A stretch of DNA of 19,191 nucleotides from Kiritimatiellia bacterium (GCA_016929905.1 JAFGHX010000272.1:1-19191); one strand, 5' to 3'. Counted from the first letter of the stretch, positions 1 through 8,390 are shown. The notes: generated by a model from the sequence alone, not told the origin. Translations and numbers: made by a program.

Positions 1-144
1 AACTTACTCGAGAACTTACTCGAGAACTTACTCGAGAACTTACTCGAGAACTTACTCGAGAACTTACTCGGGAACTTACTCGAGAACTTACTCGGGAACT
101 TACTCGAGAACTTGCTCGGGAACTTGCTCGAGAACTCGCTCCCT
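1..144. repeat. Tandem array of a 12-bp unit AACTTACTCGAG: 11 full copies plus one degenerate copy. Variants are ...CTCGGG and AACTTGCTCG(G/A)G. The array starts at base 1, so it may extend beyond the window.
   Basis: Read directly. Units 1-12, 13-24, ... through 121-132 are identical or differ by one or two bases. A decayed copy follows at 133-144 (aactcgctccct). Each unit contains CTCGAG. Confidence 0.95.
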
Positions 145-368
145 CTGCTATCCCCCCTCCGGTCTTCCCGCAACCCGGCCACCCCGGCTCACTCCACCCG
201 CTTCCGCCCGATCATAGCACTCGCCGCGAAGGAGTCCAACTGAAGAGAATGCGGTGTGTTCGCCCTCGCCACCGCGGTCCCCATTCCGCAATCTCTTCGC
301 TGGCATTCCGCTTTCGGCTCTGGTAGCATGGGCGCAGAATCAGCCGCGCGCAGACGGGAGGAACGGCC

Positions 369-1967
369 GTGAACAAAGCAGACAAAGTCGCCTACTTCGC
401 CAATGTGTTCCTGATCGCCTCGGCGGACAACAAGCTGGAGCCGACCGAGCATACAGTCCTCAGCGCCGTTCTGGCGGAAATCGGCGCCGACGCGCGTGTG
501 CTGGAGGAAGCCAAGCAGTTGATTACGAGCGGCTCCTACTCCGTAACGCTGCCGCGCGAACGGCAAGACCAGCTCAAGAACATCGAGGACATGGTGCTCG
601 TCGCCCTGGCGGACGGGAGCCTGGACCGGCGAGAGACAGCGCCGATCGAGAAGCTGACCGAGGCGGTCCGGCTGGTGCAGGCGGACATGGACATGATCGT
701 GGCCCGCGCGCGTGCGCGGCTCTGGCGCATGCAGCGCGAGGGCCGGCTCGCCCCGCAGGGCGCGCCGCCCGACGGCGAAAAGTACGCACGGGGGCGGCCG
801 CAACGCCAGGCGCCGAGCCCGCCGCCTTCCCTCCCCGCCCCGCCGCCGTTGCCGGCGCCCTCGAAGCCGCCGCCCATGCCGAAGGCGCGCGAGTCGCGTG
901 CGACACCGCCGCCGAAACCAAAACCGATCCAGTCCACAGCCGAACAGCGGGCAGCCGCTGCGCCGCCGCCCGCAACCGCGCCGCTCGAATCGCAAACCGC
1001 GCCGCCGCCGAAGGCGGAACTGATGCCGTCCCAGGCGGAGCAACGGGCGGCCGAAGCGGCGAAACAGAGAGCGGCAGCACGCAGAGAACGATGGACGGCC
1101 AAACCGGAACGGGCAGCGGCACCGCAATCCGCGCCCGCGCCGAAAGACACGACGCCGCCCTCGCACGCCGAGCCGGCGCCCTCGGTCGCGCCGCCCATCT
1201 TCCGCCCGCCTTCGGAAGGGCTTACCATCCAATTCCAGTGCGAAAGGCCGCGGACTCCCGAGCAGGCCCTGGCCGCGTTGCAGCGTGCCGACGACTCAGG
1301 CGCCTATCGCAAAGCCGGCAACACCTGGCAGTATGCCGTCTGGCACGATGCGCAGGCACCGGCGATTGCCGAGCTGGCCATCACCGTCTCGGACCTGCCC
1401 GGCAGACAGGTCCACCTGGACGGACACGAGCGGCCCTGGCAGCAGGTGTTCCCCTTCGCCGATTGTGCGCTGGCACGCCGCCGCTCCGAACACCCGGCCG
1501 AGTACTGTTTCGGCGCCGGAACCGGCGAGTTGAACCCATGGGGATGCAGGTTGCTCGGCATGCCGTGGGCCGAATCCGCCGATTGGTTCTCGCTCGGCGC
1601 CTTCGTGAAGGAGACGGTCTTCGAATTCGACCACGACGCGATCCGCGAGAAGCTCGAAGCCCGCCTCGCGCACCTGCACATGTGCCCGCATCTGCGAGAA
1701 GCGCACATCGCCACGACGCTCAGGCTGCTGCCGCCGCGCGTGACCGCCTGGGGCCGATGGCGCTTCCGCGAAGCCGGGCCAGACAGCAAATCCGCCGTCC
1801 CGCGCAACATCAAGCGCTACGTGCACGGTTGCGGATTCAGCACCCAAATCATGACCGACGGCGTCGTGCCCGTTCGAACGGACGACGCCATGAAACTAAT
1901 ACGGGAAGCCGCAAGAACCAGCGGCATCGAGACATTGGACGAACGCATACTGGCGGGCCGACAGTGA
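369..1967 (+). CDS. TerB-like N-terminal domain protein with a Pro/Ala-rich low-complexity linker and a ~240-aa C-terminal domain of unknown function
   Basis: GTG start at 369, preceded by GGGAG at 356-360. The N-terminal ~130 aa contain two xLADGxLDxxE-type motifs (IASADNKLEPTEHTVL... and LVALADGSLDRRETAPIEKL) that I recognise as tellurite-resistance TerB-like. Residues ~140-330 are a Pro/Ala-rich linker (PPPSLPAPPPLPAPSKPPPMPKA, repeated AEQRAAxA). The C-terminal domain (GLTIQFQCERPRTPEQA...RILAGRQ) was not recognised. The overlapping frames 254..1981(+) and 189..1232(-) are Arg-rich shadow ORFs. Confidence 0.75.
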   Translation: MNKADKVAYFANVFLIASADNKLEPTEHTVLSAVLAEIGADARVLEEAKQLITSGSYSVTLPRERQDQLKNIEDMVLVALADGSLDRRETAPIEKLTEAVRLVQADMDMIVARARARLWRMQREGRLAPQGAPPDGEKYARGRPQRQAPSPPPSLPAPPPLPAPSKPPPMPKARESRATPPPKPKPIQSTAEQRAAAAPPPATAPLESQTAPPPKAELMPSQAEQRAAEAAKQRAAARRERWTAKPERAAAPQSAPAPKDTTPPSHAEPAPSVAPPIFRPPSEGLTIQFQCERPRTPEQALAALQRADDSGAYRKAGNTWQYAVWHDAQAPAIAELAITVSDLPGRQVHLDGHERPWQQVFPFADCALARRRSEHPAEYCFGAGTGELNPWGCRLLGMPWAESADWFSLGAFVKETVFEFDHDAIREKLEARLAHLHMCPHLREAHIATTLRLLPPRVTAWGRWRFREAGPDSKSAVPRNIKRYVHGCGFSTQIMTDGVVPVRTDDAMKLIREAARTSGIETLDERILAGRQ

Positions 1968-2066
1968 GCCGCCGCAGATAAGACGCGGCCGCCCTCTTGT
2001 CCGCCGTCGCCTTGGCGCAGGCGGAAGGCCCGGCGAGAAGGCGGCCTCACGCAGGGAGACCGCACC

Positions 2067-2582
2067 ATGGAATTCACGGAAGTTGTAAAGACACGGCGCA
2101 GCGTGCGATCGTACAAGCCAGACCCGATCCCGGACGCTGTCTTGGCGAGGGTTCTTGAAGCGGCCCGCATGGCGCCCTCGGCCAATAACGTACAACCCTG
2201 GCATTTTGTTATCGTCACCGACGCCGCCAGACGGGCCCGGCTCGGCAAACTGGCATCCGGTCAGACCTTTGTCGGCGAGGCACCGGTGGTTGTCGTCTGC
2301 TGCGGGAAGCGATACAGGGATCACTACAGCTGGCTGGCGGACAACATGTATGTCGTGGACTGCACAATCGCGATCGACCACCTCACGCTCGCGGCCCGCA
2401 ACGAAGGGCTGGGCACCTGCTGGATCGGTGCGTTCGACCACGAGGGCGTCAAAGGCGCCGTGCCCGTCCCGAAAGGCCATGACGTGCTGATGCTCACGCC
2501 ACTTGGCTACCCGGCCTCCTCGCGTGCGTTTCGCGAAACCTCCGCGCGCAAGCCGCTGCGCGACATCACGACCCAAGCCTGA
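2067..2582 (+). CDS. Nitroreductase-family protein (NAD(P)H-dependent FMN oxidoreductase)
   Basis: ATG at 2067 with GGGAG at 2053-2057. The protein carries the conserved RRSVRSY and APSANNVQPWHFVIV motifs of the nitroreductase fold, at a family-typical length of 171 aa. Confidence 0.85.
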   Translation: MEFTEVVKTRRSVRSYKPDPIPDAVLARVLEAARMAPSANNVQPWHFVIVTDAARRARLGKLASGQTFVGEAPVVVVCCGKRYRDHYSWLADNMYVVDCTIAIDHLTLAARNEGLGTCWIGAFDHEGVKGAVPVPKGHDVLMLTPLGYPASSRAFRETSARKPLRDITTQA

Positions 2583-2598
2583 TGCGCGAAGCGCGCGG

Positions 2599-4128
2599 TC
2601 AGCCTTTGCGCCAATACTGCTCGTTCGCGTCGACAAACGGCTGGTACGCCCATCGGGGGCCGCCGACCGCGTCCAGAGCCTTCTTGATCACCCGGCGCTT
2701 GCGAAGGTTCGCCGCCAACTGCCGCTCGATCGCGGCGGGGTCGAACCGGGCGAGTATGAGCCCCTTGAGCTCGGCCTCGACCTCGCGGCATTCGGGCCGG
2801 CCGGCCAGGTTCTCCCACTCGCCCGGGTCCGCCTCCATGTCGAAGAGCTGTGCGTCGCGCTGATACAGCCAGTTGTACTTGTAGCGGCCCCTGCGCACCA
2901 TGAAGCACAAACCGGTTACCCCTTCCGAATGATTCTCCGCGAACACGTAGCGGCCGGGATCGCGCTCACCCTTGAGCTGGGGGACCAGCGACTTGCCGTC
3001 CATCGGCAGGTAGTCGGCAATGCCGCTCAGCTCGAGCAGGGTCGGGCAAACGTCGACAATCGAGACCGGGTCCTTCACCACCGCGCCCGGCTTGCCCATA
3101 GGGAAGTTCTTCGGAAAACGGAATATCAACGGAATGCGCGAGGCCTGCTCGTAAAACGTGCGCTTCTGGATCATGCCGCGATGCCCGAGCATGTCGCCGT
3201 GGTCCGAGGTGAAGATCACGATCGTGTCGTCGGCCAGGCCCAGATCCTCCAGCGCCTGCAGCAACTCACCCAGCTTGTCGTCGCAGTACGTCATGGAGCC
3301 GAGGTAGGCCCGGTGCATCGCGAGCAGACTGTCCGGGTCCTTCAGGTCCACCTCGCCCGCGCCGTGCGCCGTGTTCAAATCGCGGTCCATCGCCGTGTAG
3401 GTCGACTCCAGCTCCTCCGGGTACGTCGGGACGGGAATCTCCACGCCTTCGTACAGGTCCCAGTACCGGCGCAGACAGTGGAACGGTTCGTGCGGGTGCT
3501 GGTAGGAAACCTGCAGGAAGAACGGTGTGTCGTCGCGTTTCGGCAGCGCCTTCTGCAAGGTCCCCGACGGCTGCGACCGCTTGCGCCGGAGATACTCCAG
3601 CCCGCGAAAGTGAGTCTCTTCGTCATAATCCAACTGCAGGCTCCACTGCCGCACGCCGACACCGGCCGTCACGTAGTCCACCGCTATCGGATGTTCGTGC
3701 GCCGAGGTGAAGCCGGACGGATCGGAGCGGCAGATCGCCAGCCAGTTGAAATCGGCGGGATAGACGTCGGTCGTCAGCCGCTTGGCGAAACCGTGCAGTT
3801 GATCGGGGCCGATCGCGTGCAGCTTGCCGCTGAGCACGGTATCGTACCCGGCCGCGGAGAGATAATGATTGTGCGTGGGTTCGTCCGACGGCAGGATCGA
3901 GGTGTTGTCGTTGGCGTTGATGGACGAAACGTACATGCCCGTCAGCAGCGACATGCGGGCCGGCGCACAGATCGGGCAGGAGCTGTAGGCGTTCTCGAAC
4001 AAGACCCCCTCCGCCGCGAGCCGGTCCAGGTTCGGCGTCTTGGCCGCCGCATAGCCGTAGGCGCCGGTCATCAGCGGCGTCATCTGATCCGTCATCACCA
4101 ACAGAATATTGGGCTTCTTCTCCGGCAT
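2599..4128 (-). CDS. Cys-type sulfatase with no signal peptide, probably cytoplasmic; choline-sulfatase-like C-terminal region
   Basis: The N-terminus reads PNILLVMTDQ and the formylglycine motif is SSCPICAPARMSLLTG (C-A-P-A-R). The C-terminal stretch ...LFDMEADPGEWENLAGRP... resembles choline-sulfatase C-termini. I placed the start at the ATG at 4128, read as MPEKKPN, because GGGGGAGGG lies 6-7 nt upstream on the minus strand. The ORF track begins at an upstream in-frame ATG (4179) that has no RBS. Confidence 0.85.
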   Translation of the reverse strand: MPEKKPNILLVMTDQMTPLMTGAYGYAAAKTPNLDRLAAEGVLFENAYSSCPICAPARMSLLTGMYVSSINANDNTSILPSDEPTHNHYLSAAGYDTVLSGKLHAIGPDQLHGFAKRLTTDVYPADFNWLAICRSDPSGFTSAHEHPIAVDYVTAGVGVRQWSLQLDYDEETHFRGLEYLRRKRSQPSGTLQKALPKRDDTPFFLQVSYQHPHEPFHCLRRYWDLYEGVEIPVPTYPEELESTYTAMDRDLNTAHGAGEVDLKDPDSLLAMHRAYLGSMTYCDDKLGELLQALEDLGLADDTIVIFTSDHGDMLGHRGMIQKRTFYEQASRIPLIFRFPKNFPMGKPGAVVKDPVSIVDVCPTLLELSGIADYLPMDGKSLVPQLKGERDPGRYVFAENHSEGVTGLCFMVRRGRYKYNWLYQRDAQLFDMEADPGEWENLAGRPECREVEAELKGLILARFDPAAIERQLAANLRKRRVIKKALDAVGGPRWAYQPFVDANEQYWRKG

Positions 4129-4271
4129 GGCTGTCCCTCCCCCCGCAAGGTCGACAAATGGCGATTGCCCCGTTCTCAAGGATGATGTGCCCTCAGGGCG
4201 CTGTGCGGCCAGATTCGATCCAACTACCCTCCTATTTGCGCGAAAGGCCCGATTATAACACCGTGCCGGCT

Positions 4272-4302
4272 GGGAGGCCGCGCCGGGCTCTCGCGGCCTC
4301 CC
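4272..4302. other. GC-rich stem-loop (11-bp stem GGGAGGCCGCG / CGCGGCCTCCC, 9-nt loop) in the divergent intergenic region between the sulfatase and NfeD-like genes
   Basis: The inverted repeat was read directly. No T-tract follows on either strand, so it is not a canonical intrinsic terminator. Confidence 0.5.
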
Positions 4303-4602
4303 CCGAAAGGCGTCCCCAATGCGCCTGCCCAGGCTCCGCTCCGGTTATAAAGAACGTCCCGAATTGTAATAGCGACCCGCGCTCGCGCGGGCTAAACTGG
4401 GCACCATGAAGGCAAGAAAAGGATTGTTCATGAGAACGCGGCGCGGCCGGATTTCAGCCTTGTCCGAAGCTCTGGACTTCGCTAAGCTTCTGCTCGCCAG
4501 TTCCGCAGTACAGAGGCAGCGGCCTTGCCTTGCCCGTGTTCGGGCAGAGGGTGGGTGTCACGGGTATCGCATGGCCCAAACCCGGAAAGAAGGTTGATCA
4601 TC

Positions 4603-5241
4603 ATGACAGAATGGTGGAACGGTCTGACGACTCTCAACCAGGTCTTCTACGGCGCCGCCGTCTTCTTCGGCGGCCTGTTCGTCTGGCAAATGATTGCCGC
4701 GTTCATCGGGCTGGGCGGCGGTGAAGGCGAGCTGGACGGCGCCGATGCCGGCGAGGCCGACATGGACGCGGGTGACGCGGATGCCGATTTCGACGGCGAC
4801 GCCGACGAACCCGACGCCGCCGAGACAACCGCTTCGTTCACGCTGATCAGCATCCGCTCGCTCATCACGTTCTTCACCATGTTCAGCGTGGCGGGCGCGC
4901 TGCTCCTCGATAACGGGCGGTCGATCCCCAGCGCGATGACGTTCTCGACGATGTGGGGGTTGGTCGGGATGTTCGTGATCGCCGGCCTCATCTATCTGCT
5001 CCGGAAGCTGACCGCAACGGGCACGATGGACCTGGGCACCGCCGTGGGTACGCCCGGCACCGTCTACCTGGACATCCCGAGAGACGGCTGGGGCGAAGTG
5101 CGCGTCATGGTCAGCGGCGTGGTCTCCTACATCAAGGCCCGAACGGTCGACGGCAAGCCGCTCAAGTCCGGCACGCCCGTGGCGGTCGTGCGCCGGCTCG
5201 GCACGCGATTGGAGGTGCAACCCTCGAAGTTCGAAGAGTGA
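4603..5241 (+). CDS. NfeD-like membrane protein (YqiJ-type partner of SPFH/flotillin proteins) with a C-terminal OB-fold-like region
   Basis: ATG at 4603 gives MTEWWNGLTTL. There are two or three hydrophobic helices, then a C-terminal soluble beta-rich segment (VYLDIPRDGWGEVRVMVSGVVSYIKARTVDGKPLKSGTPVAVV) typical of NfeD C-terminal OB-folds. It lies immediately upstream of a flotillin-like gene. An unusual acidic D/A/G-rich segment (GEGELDGADAGEADMDAGDADADFDGDADEPDAAE) sits between the first two helices. Confidence 0.7.
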   Translation: MTEWWNGLTTLNQVFYGAAVFFGGLFVWQMIAAFIGLGGGEGELDGADAGEADMDAGDADADFDGDADEPDAAETTASFTLISIRSLITFFTMFSVAGALLLDNGRSIPSAMTFSTMWGLVGMFVIAGLIYLLRKLTATGTMDLGTAVGTPGTVYLDIPRDGWGEVRVMVSGVVSYIKARTVDGKPLKSGTPVAVVRRLGTRLEVQPSKFEE

Positions 5242-5271
5242 GCTCGACACGATGCGACGAAAGGAGGAAGT

Positions 5272-6753
5272 ATGACGACTGGTCTGTTCGGTTTCGTTCC
5301 CGTCCTCGCGGCGCGCAGCGGCGCACCGCCCGCCGGGCTGGTATTGCCCCTGATCCTGTTCGTGGTGGTCATCGTGGTGTTCGTCAGCATGGCGAAGCGC
5401 TACAAGCGCTGCCCGTCGAACAAAATCCTGGTGATCTACGGTAAGACGCGCGGCGGCGCCGCGCGCTGTATCCACGGCGGCGCGGCGTTCGTCTGGCCGC
5501 TGTTTCAGGCGCACGAGTATCTCGATCTCGAACCGTTTGTCGTGCCGATCGACCTGACCAACGCGCTCTCGCAGGAGAATATCCGCGTGACGGTGCCGAC
5601 CACGGTGACGGCCGCCATCTCGAACCAGTCGGGCATCATGGAGAACGCCGCTATCCGCCTGCTCGGGCTCAGCCGTAAGCAGATCGAGGACCAGGCCCAG
5701 GACATCATCCTCGGCCAGATGCGTGCGGTGATCGCCACGATGAAGATCGAGGAAATCAACCGCGACCGGCAGGCATTCCTTGACGCGGTGAACGACGCCG
5801 TCAGCGGCGAGTTGGAGAAGATCGGCCTGTCGCTCATCAACGTGAACATCCGCGACATCGAGGACGAGTCCGGCTACATCGTCGCGCTCGGCCGCCGGGC
5901 CGCCGCCGAGGCGATCAACCAGGCCAATATCGACGTCGCCGAACAGGACAAGCGCGGCCAGACCGGTGTGGCCGAGCGGCAGCGCGACCAGCGCGTGGCC
6001 GTCGCCGGCGCGAACGCCCAGGCGGAAATCGGCGAAGTCACGGCCAACCGCGACAAGCGTATGAAGTCGGCCGAACTCGAAGCGCAGGCCGTCCAGGCGG
6101 AAACGGACGCCGATGCCAAGAAGGCCAGCTACCGCGCCAACCAGCGCGTGGCCGAGGAAGAGGCGCGTAACCGCGCCGAATCCGCGGCGCGCGAGGCGGA
6201 CGGCGCCATTCGCGTGGCGGAGCAAGTCGCCGAGAAGAAGGCCGAAGAAGCGCGCGCCGAACGCGAAAAGGCGCGGTTGAACGCCGAAATCGTCGTGGTC
6301 GCCAACGCCGACCGCGAGAAGGTCGTCATCGCCGCCGACGCCCAGAAACAGCAGGCGATCCGCGTCGCCGAAGGGCAAGCCCAAGCCACGCTGGCCAAGA
6401 TGGAGGCGGAGGCCAAGGGTGTCCAGGCCATCCTCGACGGCAAAGCGGCGGGCTACAAGGGGCTGGTCGGCGCCTGCGATACGGCCGAACAGGCCGCCTC
6501 GCTCCTCCTCATCGAGAAGCTGCAGGAAATCGCCACCATCCAGGCCCAGGCTATCCGCGACCTGCCCATCGAGAAAATCTTCGTCTGGGATTCCGGCAAC
6601 GGCCAGAGCGGGCTCTCCGGGCTCGGCCAGCGCCTCATGCAGACGCTGCCCCCCATGCACGAGCTCGCCAGGCAGATCGGACTGAACCTGCCCGAGTTCC
6701 TCGGCAAAATGGCCGGGCAGGCCAAACCCGAGGCGCCGAAAACCGAAGGCTGA
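5272..6753 (+). CDS. Flotillin-like SPFH/band-7 family protein (YqiK/FloT-like)
   Basis: AGGAGG at 5262-5267, ATG at 5272. The N-terminus has a TM helix, then an SPFH-like core, then a long Ala/Glu/Arg/Gln-rich coiled-coil region (AEQDKRGQTGVAERQRDQRVAVAGANAQAEIGEV..., EA-repeat-like) and a flotillin-type C-terminal tail. The 787-aa antisense ORF 4558..6921(-) is a shadow of this low-complexity coding region. Confidence 0.85.
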   Translation: MTTGLFGFVPVLAARSGAPPAGLVLPLILFVVVIVVFVSMAKRYKRCPSNKILVIYGKTRGGAARCIHGGAAFVWPLFQAHEYLDLEPFVVPIDLTNALSQENIRVTVPTTVTAAISNQSGIMENAAIRLLGLSRKQIEDQAQDIILGQMRAVIATMKIEEINRDRQAFLDAVNDAVSGELEKIGLSLINVNIRDIEDESGYIVALGRRAAAEAINQANIDVAEQDKRGQTGVAERQRDQRVAVAGANAQAEIGEVTANRDKRMKSAELEAQAVQAETDADAKKASYRANQRVAEEEARNRAESAAREADGAIRVAEQVAEKKAEEARAEREKARLNAEIVVVANADREKVVIAADAQKQQAIRVAEGQAQATLAKMEAEAKGVQAILDGKAAGYKGLVGACDTAEQAASLLLIEKLQEIATIQAQAIRDLPIEKIFVWDSGNGQSGLSGLGQRLMQTLPPMHELARQIGLNLPEFLGKMAGQAKPEAPKTEG

Positions 6754-6813
6754 AGACAAGATCCGGGACCCGCGCCGAAGCGTTGCTCCGGGGCGGGGAA
6801 CCGATGAAAAAGC

Positions 6814-6858
6814 AGAGGGCCGCGCCGGCGAACCGGCGCGGCCCTCTTGTTTGTCTTG
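6814..6858. terminator. Bidirectional rho-independent terminator
   Basis: 15-bp perfect GC-rich stem AGAGGGCCGCGCCGG / CCGGCGCGGCCCTCT with loop CGAA. It is followed by TGTTTGTCTTG on the plus strand. On the minus strand it is followed by GCTTTTT (complement of AAAAAGC at 6807-6813). It lies between the convergent flotillin gene (ends 6753) and the minus-strand gene ending at 6951. Confidence 0.8.
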
Positions 6859-6950
6859 CACAGTGCCTGCCTCGCGAGCCGCACGCTCAAGGCCCACGCG
6901 CATGCCTCGCGAAGAGGTCACCCGTCCGTGCGCTCAATCAACCCCGCACG

Positions 6951-7319
6951 CTACGCCTCGGCTCCCCCACCCACGTATTCCGCACTGCCGAACGCCAGGA
7001 TCGGGTAGAAGATGAAACCGAGAAAGATCAGACCGACCCCGAATCCCGCACTCTTGCCGAAATTCTCGGCCAGCCCAAGCATCACCAGAATGGCAATGAC
7101 AAAGTTGACCACCGGAATGCACAGCAGAATGAACCACCAGCCCGGCTTGCCCGCGATCTGACACAACACGACCGCGTTATAGATCGGGATGATGGAGGCC
7201 CACCCCGGCTTGCCAGCCTTGGTGAAAACCTTCCAGAAACAGACAATATAGAACACGGCCAGAATCAACGGAATGATAAGGGCTATCGGACTGCCTTCCA
7301 TCTGGACAGAACCTTCCAT
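6951..7319 (-). CDS. Small polytopic membrane protein with duplicated K-A/I-GKPGW motif (DUF-type; often mis-annotated)
   Basis: I chose the ATG at 7319, with GGAGG 7 nt upstream on the minus strand. The track's GTG at 7325 is only 1 nt from that RBS. The protein is 122 aa with hydrophobic helices and two copies of the motif (FTKAGKPGWASIIPIYN and IAGKPGWWFILLCIP). Confidence 0.65.
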   Translation of the reverse strand: MEGSVQMEGSPIALIIPLILAVFYIVCFWKVFTKAGKPGWASIIPIYNAVVLCQIAGKPGWWFILLCIPVVNFVIAILVMLGLAENFGKSAGFGVGLIFLGFIFYPILAFGSAEYVGGGAEA

Positions 7320-7586
7320 GAACACACCTCCGTATCCTGGTGATAAACGCCTTCACGTACTCCACGGACTTGCCCCCGCCTGCCGTCTCCTGTGCAGTCG
7401 CCGTTCCGGCGCACCTCCTTCCCTGCTCTGGCCGGGCACGCTGAAACACGAATACGACCACCCACGCTCGTGCGTCGCCCTGGCGCCGGAATGCTAACTC
7501 GGCATGATGCGCAGTGCAAGAAGAAAGCAGAACGACCGGGCACTCGGGGCGCAAGCGCGGAACGCCGGACGGGGCGAGTTCGACGT

Positions 7587-8375
7587 TCAGTATTTCCCCA
7601 GGCATTCCCTCAGAAACGCCATGTCCGCAACCGCATTCTCGAACAAGCGCTCCCGATCCTCATGCCCGCGTACGCCTTCGGTGAATTCGATCGTATAGGA
7701 GCCACGATACCCCAGCTCGCGCAGAAGCCCCATCCGCGACCGCACGAATTCGGGGTCCTGCGACAGGCAAATGGCCCCGCGCTCGTTCGGGCCGGGCCCG
7801 CTCAAGGCCACATGGGCATGGGTGATTCGGGCGCCGAGCCGCTCAAACCATCGCCGTACCGCCCCTTCCTCGCGGTTCATCACGTGCACAATCGCCTCGT
7901 ATCCGCCGTTGCCCAGCGCGTCGAACGTCGCCGCCGCGATCTCCGGCTCCTCCATCGACGACCCGCCGTGACACTCGCACAGGAACCGAAACGACGCGGG
8001 CAGCGCTTCACGCCAGTCTCGCACGTTGGTCCGGTACGCCGCGTGCCGCGCCTTGTCCCGGCCGAAATTGTATTTCATGCCGCGCGCTGAAAAGAACCGC
8101 GCCAACTGCACGGCCTCCTCGCGCTCGGCGCGCTGCTCGTCTTCGCAACCGGCGTACGAGTTGAAGATCGTCACGGGACACGGCGAGCCCTTGAGCTTCT
8201 CGCGCTCCTGCTCCGTCGCCTTGACGGCGTGATTCTGCCACAGCTCGATCCCGTCGAATCCCGCCTCCGCCATCCGTCTTGCCCAGTCGGAAACCTGGAA
8301 GCTGGGCTCCCGACTCGACCAGCGATTCCGCTCCAACAGCACCGTTCCGATGTAGATCCGGTCCGTGTAGTCCAT
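7587..8375 (-). CDS. Sugar phosphate isomerase/epimerase (xylose-isomerase-like TIM-barrel family)
   Basis: 262 aa; GGAGGA lies 4 nt upstream of the ATG at 8375. Length and overall pattern (IGTVLLERNRW..., AEAGFDGIELW, His/Glu-rich metal-site-like positions) fit this family. It follows a Gfo/Idh/MocA oxidoreductase gene by 15 nt, which is a common pairing. Confidence 0.6.
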   Translation of the reverse strand: MDYTDRIYIGTVLLERNRWSSREPSFQVSDWARRMAEAGFDGIELWQNHAVKATEQEREKLKGSPCPVTIFNSYAGCEDEQRAEREEAVQLARFFSARGMKYNFGRDKARHAAYRTNVRDWREALPASFRFLCECHGGSSMEEPEIAAATFDALGNGGYEAIVHVMNREEGAVRRWFERLGARITHAHVALSGPGPNERGAICLSQDPEFVRSRMGLLRELGYRGSYTIEFTEGVRGHEDRERLFENAVADMAFLRECLGKY

Positions 8376-8390
8376 GGTTCCTCCGCATGC

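Noticed and set aside
254-1981. 575-aa plus-strand ORF, and the 347-aa minus ORF 189..1232, overlapping the TerB-like gene
   Set aside because: Both are extremely Arg/Pro/Ala-rich, which is the typical off-frame translation of high-GC coding DNA. The +2 frame 369..1967 gives a sensible protein with an RBS and a recognisable domain.
2503-4185. 560-aa plus-strand ORF antisense to the sulfatase
   Set aside because: It is Arg/Val/Leu-rich nonsense. The minus-strand frame encodes a textbook sulfatase with its active-site motif.
4406-4597. 63-aa ORF (MKARKGLFMRTRRGRISALSEALDFAKLL...) just upstream of the NfeD-like gene
   Set aside because: It has no Shine-Dalgarno sequence, its composition is Arg-rich, and it overlaps the likely promoter/leader of the NfeD gene. 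Without homology evidence I cannot support it, although a short leader peptide cannot be excluded.
4558-6921. 787-aa minus-strand ORF, the longest in the window
   Set aside because: It is antisense to the flotillin/NfeD genes. The translation is Arg/Gly/Asp/Leu-rich low complexity with no domain-like pattern and no RBS. It is a shadow of the Ala/Glu-rich coiled-coil coding region on the plus strand.
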